64,000 nucleotides of DNA from Candidatus Omnitrophota bacterium (GTDB lineage Bacteria > Omnitrophota > Omnitrophia > Omnitrophales > Aquincolibacteriaceae), in assembly GCA_903884815.1 (NCBI GenBank), contig CAISGE010000021.1, forward strand, positions 448-64,447, written 5' to 3'. Below are positions 18,918 through 29,900 of this stretch, piece by piece. The position numbers and the translations under genes were made by a program. Each line of letters begins with the position of its first letter. Position 1 is the first letter of the stretch. The notes beneath the pieces were generated by a model. It was not told where the DNA came from. It saw only the letters and a list, made by a program, of their open reading frames with translations, and made no database searches.

Positions 18918-19076
18918 TATATTGTTTAGAAAACAGTTCTCCCCCTGTAGAGATTAGTAGACCTTCTCAGAATGAAACTCAGTCACAACTCACCCTGACA
19001 CGCTATAACAAATATTTTTATCGACCTACGCAAAAAGCCGTTACAACAAAATCAAGAATCTCATATAATAAAAAAC

Positions 19077-20879
19077 ATGGGGAGAAAAAGCAGGCTAAAA
19101 GCGCATATCCGGCTAGACAAACATAAGAGCGATATTCATTCTGAGACATTGGAGCCACCGGGCGCGCCCTTCCCCTGGCCCCTCCTTTTCTGGCTGAGTG
19201 TCATCACCCTGATCCCTCTGGCACAGGTTACCACCTTCAGTTTCCTGAATTTCGACGACAGCCAATACATTCTCAAAAATCCCTTGGTCAGGACCGGCCT
19301 CTCCGGATTCAGCATTCAAGCGGCCTTTCTGTCAAGCTACGCCGCAAACTGGATTCCGCTCACATGGATCACGCTCATGGCTGAGGTAAATCTTTGGGGA
19401 TTCCACGCCGCGGGCTTCCACACAACCAATCTTTTTCTTCACATCTTGAGCGCGTCGCTTCTTTTCTTGTTCCTGGGCAAAGCAACCAAGCACTACGGCC
19501 GCAGCTTCTTCGTGGCCTGTTTTTTTGCGATCCACCCCATGCACGTTCAGTCCGTTGCCTGGATAACCGAGATCAAGGATGTCCTCAGCACGGCACTCGC
19601 GTTCACCGCCATTCTTTTTTATGTCCGAAAGCCCGGCCGCTTTAATCTTGGATGCTTCGCGTTCTACCTGTTAAGTCTTTTATCAAAACCGATGTTTGTC
19701 ACCATGCCTTTCATTCTATTGATACTGGATTTTTGGCCGCTGCAAAGATTGAATCTCTCGAACTCATGGAAGCGCGTGATTGAGAAAATCCCGTATTTGA
19801 TCGTGGCGTATTTCGTATCCAGACTGACCCTGTGGGCGCAGACTTCGGCAGGAGCCGTCCAAACATTCGAAGATCTATCCTTACCGCTGCGGCTCCAAAA
19901 CAGCGCGGCTGCCTGTGTGAGCTATATAGGAAAGCTATTCCTCCCGGCACGCCTATCCATCTTTTATCCTTACGCGCAACACATCTCTCCTTTGAGCACG
20001 ATAAGCTCCTGCGCCATTCTGGTTGCGATAACGGTCGCTTGCGTTCTCCTGCGGCGCGCAAAACCCTATCTTATTGCGGGCTGGCTCTTTTTTCTTGTCA
20101 CACTGACACCCGTGATTGGCATCATCCAGGTCGGATCCCAGGCCATGGCCGACCGCTACACCTATGTGCCCTATGTGGGGCTCTTCTGGATGTTATCATG
20201 GCTGTTATTTGATTTTTTTCAGGGCAAGTCGAGGGGCAAGCGAAATCTCCTCATCGCGGGAATCCTAATACTTCTTGTACTTACTCAGCGGACCTACGTC
20301 GAGGCAAAATACTGGAAAAACGGAACGGCACTTTTCCAGCGCGCCGTGGATATCAATCCCAACATTTCTCTGACCCAGTATCAACTGGGCGTGGCTTTTC
20401 ATGATGAGATGCTTTACAAGGAAGCCAAAAAACATCTCCAAAAAGCCCGGGAATTGAACCCGAAGGAACGGGAAATCCTCAATCAGTTGGGCCTCGTGTT
20501 TGTCAAAGAGAACAACCCTGCCGAGGCAGAATCTCTGTTCAAGAAAGCTATTGAAATGGATCCCGCTTACTTTATCGCTTATAACAATCTTGGCGCGCTT
20601 TATTGGAAACGAGACCCGACGCTTGCGCTAAAAGCATTCCAGAGAGCCGCCGAGATCAACCCTGACTACGACGAAGCGAACCATAATCTTTTGATGCTAT
20701 CCCTGCAGCGATGCTCCATTCAAACCGTCTGGCCCTTGATACCCCAGATGACGCGATTAGCACGAACCTATACCCCCATAAGAAAACCTCTTGATTTCCT
20801 GATCCACCTTCCGGGCAACACTCCTTTGGAAAAAGAAAACTCATGTGTTGACTCGAAATTCAAAAGAAATTCTCCTTAG
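19077..20879 (+). CDS. TMTC-like membrane glycosyltransferase (GT-C fold) with C-terminal TPR repeats
   Basis: NFDD..YILKNP, NWIPLT, FHTTN..LH, FAIHPMHVQSVAW, LLSK and MADRYTY motifs; many TM helices; TPRs. Confidence 0.88.
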   Translation: MGRKSRLKAHIRLDKHKSDIHSETLEPPGAPFPWPLLFWLSVITLIPLAQVTTFSFLNFDDSQYILKNPLVRTGLSGFSIQAAFLSSYAANWIPLTWITLMAEVNLWGFHAAGFHTTNLFLHILSASLLFLFLGKATKHYGRSFFVACFFAIHPMHVQSVAWITEIKDVLSTALAFTAILFYVRKPGRFNLGCFAFYLLSLLSKPMFVTMPFILLILDFWPLQRLNLSNSWKRVIEKIPYLIVAYFVSRLTLWAQTSAGAVQTFEDLSLPLRLQNSAAACVSYIGKLFLPARLSIFYPYAQHISPLSTISSCAILVAITVACVLLRRAKPYLIAGWLFFLVTLTPVIGIIQVGSQAMADRYTYVPYVGLFWMLSWLLFDFFQGKSRGKRNLLIAGILILLVLTQRTYVEAKYWKNGTALFQRAVDINPNISLTQYQLGVAFHDEMLYKEAKKHLQKARELNPKEREILNQLGLVFVKENNPAEAESLFKKAIEMDPAYFIAYNNLGALYWKRDPTLALKAFQRAAEINPDYDEANHNLLMLSLQRCSIQTVWPLIPQMTRLARTYTPIRKPLDFLIHLPGNTPLEKENSCVDSKFKRNSP

Positions 20880-20999
20880 ATTATTCTAAAATTCCTCGCA
20901 GCAATTTGAGGTAACCCTGAGTTTTGGTGGGAATGGGACCGGACGACAGACATCCGCTATTTTTTAAATGAGGAAGTGGCCCTTGGAATTCAGGACCTT

Positions 21000-23900
21000 T
21001 TAGGCAGCAACCGCGACGGAATTCTGAGCTTCGAGAGCGTTGAGGACCGCCTGAATAAACTCATTCCGCAAACACTCCGCTATCGAGAAATAGCCCGTCT
21101 CTTTATTTGAAGCTTGCTTCATGAGGTCCTTGAACTGATCTTTGCCGATCGACGCCGCCAATTGCGAGATCGCAAAGATCCGCTCGCCCAATCTCTTGCC
21201 TTCCTTGTCACTGATCATGACAATGGCGCCCTTATCCATCAGGCGGTTCAACACTCCACGCGCGCGCACAGACGCCAGAAGCTTCGGATTGACCGTCAGG
21301 ATGCGATGCTCCATCGAAGCGCCGCTCTTGGCTTCCGCCAAAAGCTTCGCCTCAAGCGCTTCGAGGCCCTTCACTGAATGATAATCATTATTGACCCCCG
21401 GAATATTGAGCAAGCGCGGCTCGTCAATACCATAGACCATCGATCGAACATTCTCGATCAAGGCGTCCATGCCGGAACGGTATTCAATGGTCGCTTCCAG
21501 GATCTGCAGAGCTTTCTCGTAGGCAGCACTCTCTTTGGGAAGGTTTGCCAGCACGGTCAGAAGGAATTCCAATTCGTTAACGACGGCAGAATGGCGAGAT
21601 GTTCCCGCCGCCTGGTCAGCCGCCTTTAGGGACTCAATTGTTTCTCGGTAAGAATCTTTCTCGTCACCTCCGAGAGCGTGGCGCAATTCATGCCGCAACG
21701 CCGATTCCATCGCATCAAGAACCATCGCTTGATCCAGAGCTCCCGAAGCATTGAAGACATCCACGAATTTTTGAGAGAGTACGATCTGTTTCGTGGTCTC
21801 GGTCTCCATATAGAAAGCCGATTTCCCAAGCGGAACTTGCCCAATACGGACGGAGACGCCCCTCTCACGTTCAAGACGCTCCAAAGCGTTCCTCTGGATT
21901 GCCGGCATGGAACCTCGGACCGTCCGGAGCAATCCTTCGCTTGCCACCTGACGAAAGCGCTCCGCATACCTTCCGGCATTCTTGAATCCCCCAAGCGAAA
22001 GAGCCGCCGGATCCGCATCGACCGGCAAGCCGGCACCCGCCGATCGCAACTCCGTCCGTCCACCCATTTCAACTGATGCTGCTGGCATCTCAGACGTGAC
22101 AGACTCTGGTTCATTTGTGGCATTTTGTTGAGACTCTTGTTCTTCAAGCCGGGTTTTTACCCAGTCATGCTTTGAGAACACATCAAACACAAGGAATATT
22201 CCGATACTTATCGCGGCGCCGACAGGGCCCGTGGTGACAGTCGAGATTCCGGCAATGCCCGCATATTTAAGAAAGGTCCCCAAAATACCCTTAGCATCTC
22301 CGCGAAGGGCACGCCTGAACAGGGTGTCCTTCGACTTTCGGGTAAGGATGTCCTCGATAGGCGCAAGCAACGCAATCGGAGCAAAAAGGCCGCTCAACGG
22401 AATAAGGAACGGCAGTACCTGGTATCCATACTGTATAGCGGCTGTCTTCTTCCAGGAACTCGGCTTAGCGGTCACAGGCCGCTCCTTCATAAGCCCAGTC
22501 GCCGAGCTCGACTGAGATTCGGCAGAGGGAATACCCGTGCGCTTTTCCGCGCGCACCGCAACAGGCCCCGCCGGCTGAGCAGCGGCAGCATTCGCGGCCA
22601 TGCGCAATTCCGGGCGCCCTGAACCGGCCGCAGGCGCTGGCGGCGGGAGTGCGGCCATTGAAGCCTGGGACAAGTTATCAACAAGGGATTTCAGGGTCCC
22701 GGCCATTTGATTAAGTTCATGGATATTCGTCGACTCAAATCCCCGCAAGTGCGCGTAGTAGCCGCTAAAGACATTAAAAACAGCCTCGATCTCGTTCCCC
22801 GTGGATTTATCCGCGTCAAATTGTCCCGTCTGAATATTGAAGCGGCGGATATGGTAGAAATCCCCATTGCTGTTCTCAGACATTTCGCCTTTGTGCGCAT
22901 CATCCTGAGCGCCCGACGTTTTCCCGTCAATCAGGATACCCTGCGTGCCCAGGACCCGAGCCGTGACATCTTTGTATTGAGCTGCGCTGCCGGGAGCCGC
23001 CACATCAATATAATGCTCGATATTTTGGGAGGGCATAAAGCCTTCTCCCGTAGACTCGATCTTCTCATAAGCCGGTTCTCCGTCATCGCCGACCGTCACT
23101 CGCTCGCTCGCAGCGCCGCGGCCATAATCATCCTCTGTTTTTTCAGTCTGATTCTGGCGGTCCGCAGAATAAACGCGCCGCACCCCCGTCAGAACATTTT
23201 TCAGCATCTGATTGAAGGGTTTACTTTGTACCGCGTGAAGGACGCCAAGCCCGACTTCTTCCCCCGTCGTCACAAGAAGACGGATCTCGCCTTCGTGCTT
23301 CGGCTCCCGGACTAAGGCGATGATCGTGCTCAGGATTATGGCGAGACCGGCCCGGTTATCGGCTCCGAGAGCCGAAAGCGGGTCTTTGGCGCGAATATTC
23401 CCGAAAGCGTCTATCGTTGCCTCAAGATCAGTCGCAACCTCGGGACGTACGTCCACGTGAGCTATGTGCAGGACGGGATCCTCTGTCGTATCGGGATTCT
23501 TCGCCGCGATCCTCACGGCCAATCCCTTGCCCGGAATCTGCTCGATCGCGTACTGATCCGAGGTGAGACCGGCGCTTGCGAGAAGCCCCACGAGGAGACT
23601 CCTTGTTTGATCCAACGCCAACCCCTCATCACGGATAGAAACCTTCGAAGGATCCAGGAGTTGGCTCAGGATGGCTTGCACCGATGATTCGTCATGGACA
23701 CCGTCCGTCAGCTTGATCGGCTGATAATCCGCGACATTATGAACAAGACCGAATTCCTGATAAAGAGCACCACGCAAGGCGTTCAGAGCAATAGCGGAAG
23801 CATCGCCGGCTTCCGGATGAGCGTTCAGATAGCTAACAAGTTTCTCATAGCCCTTCCCCGTATGGGCGCGCAGCGCACGTTCGATCAGACGGGCCTTGGC

Positions 23901-26900
23901 CCGGCCCTGTTCCTGGAGATCCATTTGCTCGGCCTGGGGCTTCAACGCTTCCGATGCGAGGAGCTCGTCTATCAGTTTCTCGGCATCCGCCTTCGCCTTA
24001 CCCAAGGTGATCGAACCGTTAGGCATCAATTGATCGCTCAAGGCATGAACGATGAGGTCGTCCGTGAGATCGTTCTGTTGCAATTGATCGGCAGTCAAAT
24101 CATCCAGCAGGACGAGATCGGCGGCGTTCGTTATATACTTTCCGAACCGGACGGCCTGAGATCCATGAAGCAGATACAGCCGGAAGAATGACCGGAATGA
24201 CGCCTTCATGATTTCCGAGCTGAAGTTATGACCCCGGGCGTAACTTTCGAGTTTCCTGTCGATCCCTTCCCAGTTATAGGTATGTCCGTGTTCCCGGTCC
24301 TGCAACTGCTCGATGATCTGGCCGAAGAAGTTAAAAACTTCCTCCATCATGATCATGCCATGTGAATCGCTCCGCGAGTACAGGTATGGGCGGGGTTGCG
24401 TGACATGCTTATATTCGTGTTGCGGCGACTGTTTCCACCAGTAATCGGCGCAATAGACCATCCCCGTTGACGTGAACCAGTTGGGACGCCCCTTGCCATC
24501 TCTCGCAATTTTGTATTCATGGGCCACCGTCGCTTCCGCACCCGTCGACTGAACCCAGTTATTCTTCATAAAGTCATAATATTCACCTATCTCCTGGACG
24601 ATATCTTCGGCAACATTAAAAACGGGCACCCCCATGTTGGTGTATCCATGCTTCGACATCCATAGGTCCATCCGCTCTTGATCCGATAGACCTGCGTCTT
24701 CCGGCAGGTTCGCCGTGGCGGGGATTGCCATGGAGGTTCCCAAACCGTCCGATTTCTCGACACGGCCCGTGGTCGGATCAAAACGGGCAACCCCGAAAAA
24801 GATCTTCCCTTCCCTCATTTTCGATTCGATGAAATCGACGAATTTAGCACGGCGAGCCGGATCGATCTGAAGCCGGTGACTCCCGTTCTCGTTATTTTCC
24901 ATCGTGAACACGTAGTATTCGGCCATCGACCGATAATCGCCCTTGGCGGTAGCTTCTCTTATAAACGCGCCGAAATCTTCGACCCCACGCAAATGCCTTG
25001 CGGTTGATAAAAGGTCCAAGGCAGAAAGTCTTTGCGCCGTATCGTTCGTGAGTACTTCCGAAGTGACAGTCCCGTCGCGGCCCATACGCTTGGCCGACAA
25101 GCCGCTTTCCGTCGCGCGTTTCAGGAATAGTTCATAGGCTTTGGCATAGGCCTTAATCTGCTCCAGCGCTTCCTGGGCCTTCTTTCCCGCAGACTTGTAT
25201 TCATTGAGCTTATCATTGGAAACCGATCGCTTCGCCTGGGTGATCGTCGCGGGAAGCAGAATCATGATCTTTTCCATGAGCGGCACAATATCCTGGAGGT
25301 CGGTCATTCGACCCGGAGTGCGATTGGCCTCAGACAGAGGATCCAGCAATTCAGAAAGTTGCTGTCTCAGCATCATGAGTTCATTGTCACCGATGTCGAT
25401 CTTCTGCAGGGACTTCAGGAAAGCCTGGATCAGCCCATAACTTGATTGCTGCAAAAGAATATCTCTTTCTTTCTCATCGAATTCGCCATCGGTTTGGATC
25501 AACCGGATAGCCGATCTTGCGAAATCGGCGCCTTGAATGAAGTGATCAAAACCGGCCAACCGGGCCGATTCCATGAGCCGGATCATCGCTTCATAACGAT
25601 CCGAAGAGCTCATAACTGCAAGCATATCCGCCCGAGCCTTCTCGTTCGCGTTTTTGAGATCCTCCGCGAAAGCTACTTTTTGGGCTTCGATAATGGCGAT
25701 CAAGGCGCTGTCTTGCACGGGATCGAGCCGGCTGATCAGATGGTTCAGCATGCTGACATCGTCGACAGGAGGATTCCCCTGATCGCGCGCTTCGATCATC
25801 TGATCCACGATCTCCATGAACCGGTCTGCCGACGGCTCCTGTTGCGACAAAGCGCTGCGATAGACCGGCAAAAGAGCCCGCGAAGCGGCAAATTCGGTCG
25901 AGTACGCCGAGATCTTAAGCCAATCGTCGAGCAGTAGTCTCTTTCCCGGATCTGGGATCTGGGCGATATTCTTAAGCTCCTCCAGAGAGAAAAATATTTC
26001 GTTCAGCCGAATCCCGGGAACACCGTTGTTTTCCACGAGCCGCGCATCGGCCAGCAACACCTTGCGTCCGTCCGGGCTCATCACAGGCGCGAAACTTTTG
26101 CCGTCCGGCTGGCGGGTATAAAGCACCGGCCCGACATCGCGCGTATGCTGGTTAATGTTATCAAAGAGGAAGACATCCTGAACTGCCCCGTCGACTATAT
26201 TGAGATCGGCAAATCCACCCTCATGGTTCGCGCCGCCGCTTGAGAGCTTCAGCACGTCTCCGTCGAAAGCGACAGAGAGTGCGGTCACGAGATCATGACG
26301 CTGGAATTCCATCGCACGACCGAATTCATCCAGAATTCCGGCCAAGACCACGCGACTTCCGTCCACCATTGCCGAAACTCCCGATCCGGCCTCAATGCGG
26401 ACCTTATCCGGGCTGAAAAACACCTTTACCCCTCGCCCTCGGTTCGTCTCGGCGATCCACTGTCCGCCGTGGAATTCAAAATTCGTAACCTGCTGACCCG
26501 AGAGATTGACAAGGGGCGCGCCGGTATGACTCACGATCTGATTTCCGTTTAGAATGAACCGCTCCTTCATTTTTATTTTCGCTTCGGCCGCCAAGGCGGA
26601 AGGGGTCAGTCCGGACGTCAGAGTCAGACCTTTCAAATTAAGGAAAAGATCTTCCGAGTTTGAGAAAACAGCACCTTGCGCCTGCAGATCCATCAGAAAT
26701 TTATCGACTTTGTTTCCATCCGTCAAACCGAGCCGGACCAGAAGTTCAGCATCCCGGAGCGATTTGAGATTAAACGCTATACCCCCGTCGAGCATGATCG
26801 AACTGGCCTGAAGATCCAGCCAAAGGTTCGCCGCCTTTGCCGCCGTCTGAAACGCGTCCGTTTGGCTCCAATCCGTGTCACGCCACAACTCGAAGATCTG

Positions 26901-29900
26901 GCTCACGCTCAACCTGTCCTCTCCCGCGAAGGCCTTCACAAAATGCAGCTGGTTTAAAAAATCACCGAGTCTCGGCCGGATCACCAAATTGATGTCCTTC
27001 AGGATATCGGCTTCGACCCGTGCAAGATTGCCCTGGACACGGGCCGCGGCAATGGCCTGCCGGTGAACTCGCATTTGATTCTGCGACGGGGCAAGTTCCG
27101 CAGCAAGGGCAAGGACCCGGCTCATCACGAGTGCGGCGGGATTGGAATACTGGCCGGAGGGACCGGAAATCCTGATCTTCTTAGTGGGATCCGCCGGGTC
27201 TGTTACCTCAAAGCCAGTACAATCCAGGAAATCAAAGAGTTCGTCCGCGCTCATACCAATTCGGGACACACCGATGATCGTCGCGGCCTGCGACACAACA
27301 TCGCGGACTTCGGTTCGCCGCTCCGTGGAGGACGTGCCCGCCCGGTCGACCCCGCTTGCCAGCACCGAAAGAGCGAGGGCCTGCCGGAGAGCGCCCTTGA
27401 AAACACCCTCGGAGAGCTGCTGATAAGAAGCAAGCGGCATCCTCCGGAGCACCTGATAGAACGCCAGGGGATCAATCACTTCACCCCACTGATCCGCTTC
27501 CGCACTACTGAATCCGGCCTTTTTAAAGACCTGCCCCGTGATCATGGATTGTTCGGACAAGGTTACAAGCTTCGAAAGCTGCTCGGGCTCCATTTGTTGC
27601 AGAGCGTCCAAAACCGTGCCGCTCAGGTTCAGATTCTTGGCAAGGACCGCGCGCCGCTTGGCCTGCTGGGCACCGCCCGGCAACGCCAGCATTTCGGACA
27701 CGATCAGATCCCAGACCTTGACAGCTCCCCCGCGCGGGAGGGCGCCACGAAGCTCCGTGATATCTTCAGTGGTTAGACCATAGCCCAGCAACTGATGATA
27801 GATAGTCAAATAGGATTTCCAATTATCGAAACCGGTATCGCCGAGAAGAGATTTCAGCCAGCTTGCCTGAGACTCAAGATGCGACTTCATCTCGTCTTCA
27901 TAATTCACGCTAAACACAACGCGCCCGGCCTGGAACCTGGCCTTCAGGAGGGAGTTGTTTGTGAGCAGTTGGCGGAGATTCGCGTCCTGAATCTTCGCAA
28001 CATCAATCTTTATCCCCGCGACATTCACAGTTCGGATTTTTGTTGTATTATCTGTCTGAACGGGCGCCTTATACTCACCATTCAGGGTCTCAAGCATCGC
28101 CCTGTCTTTGTCGGGAGTCCCCTCGGTAAGCTCCGACGCCTGCACGGTAACTTCGCTCGCCCGCCTCGATGCGTCTAGACCGGCCCGGGCACCTATCCCG
28201 CTCAATTCCGGCGCGAACTCGACGGCAAAACCCAGAGCAATAGCGATCATCGTGTCCGCCCGGGACGCCACATCGGTTTTAAAGCTGAGATTCCCGAAAA
28301 ACTCCCCTTCATACTGGCGCCGCCGCTGCGCTTGATTGATCGCCTCAAACTCAACACCCGCCCGTTCGATCACAGTACCGGCTGTCTCCACGGCCTCCTG
28401 GAGAGACCGCCTCACGGGTTCGCTTAGCTCTTTTCCGGCTCCCTTCGTGAGAAAGTTGTTAAGTTGATCTTTCGCCGTTTTCGCTCTTGAGCGGACAAGG
28501 CTGTTCACCGAATGAGGTCCGGAAACATAATCGTCGCCCCGTTCCATATCATAATCGCTGCCGTAATGGCGCATCAGTTCAATATTGAATTCACAAAGGA
28601 TCTCGCGCTCCTTGACGCCCTGGGCGCCCTGCGTAAAATTCGCCCGGAACATCGCGTCGCGCATCGGGTTGAACATGAGTGCGAAATCCATGAGCTGGCC
28701 GGTAAGGGAACGCGCTGTCGCGTCCGCCGCGTGGGCGCTGTTCAGCGCGTAGCTGAGGAGGAACTGCTCTTCCTTCGACAATTTCTCCCACTGCCCCTCA
28801 TGCACATTCCGCAGCCGGTCAAGAAGCTCGACGATGTTCTTCGGTCCGTTCTCGCCCAATTTATTCCCATACTCGTAGGCTTTTCCTGCGGGTGTATCCA
28901 TCCGCTCAAGAAAAAATTTGCGCCATCCGTCAATAGCCTTGAAATCAGAGAACACACTCATTTGGCTCTCAAGAAAATCCTGATTCTGATAGACCACAAT
29001 ATCCGCGTCATAGCGATCCTTGTCGCCAAACTTCACTTCATTGACAGGCTTAAGCGTTTCCGACAGAAAACTACTCCCCTCCTCTGTCACCCGATCCGCC
29101 GCAGACCGATCACTTGAAAGAATCTCGCTCAGTTTTCTCCCGTCCTGTCCTTTTCCCAAGGCAGTTTTGAGCGCGGCACTATAGGTCTCCCAATATTTTG
29201 AATTAATCTGATCAGCAAGATCTTGGGACGTTCCCCAGAGCCCCGATTTCCCTTCCGCGTAAGCCGAGACCATCGCTTCAAAAACCTCGTGCATGGCGAT
29301 CGTACGGCCAATACGGCCTTGGTTCTGAATCAACATAACGGAGGTGATCTCCGGCGTGAACCCGGCATAAAGCATATTTTCACGCTGATAATCGAAACCG
29401 ATCAGCGCGTGCTGGGCCGCCAAAACGATTTTCTCCTCGCTCCCCTGGTTGAACTTATCAACAGAGGGCTTGACGCTCTGCTGGCTTTCATAGGTTCCGT
29501 CGATCACAACGATCTGGTCCACCTTGATTTTCTCTTTTACCAATTCCGCTTTAACCAGGTCGATCATCGTATCCGTCGAAAAGCCCGACAGAACCGACCG
29601 CCGTCCCTCTTTAAACGCTGCGATTAGCTCTCGAGCGATAAAGTTGGCTTCCGCTTCCTGTGACTTGAAACTCGAAGGTTTCCAAGACTTGAGCTCGAAT
29701 GATTTCTTGGCTTGTCCCGGTCCGCGCGTCTTCTGAGAAAGAAGTTCATGGATATAAGCATCCGCGAACTGTCCACCCTTTCCGAAGATAACTTCCGTAT
29801 TCCGGCCGGCGATCATTTTCGCCTGCATGCTCACTTCCGCCACAGTGCCCGACATTCCGTAAGCGGCAGAAACCCCGCCAAAAAGCATAAAGATATCGGC

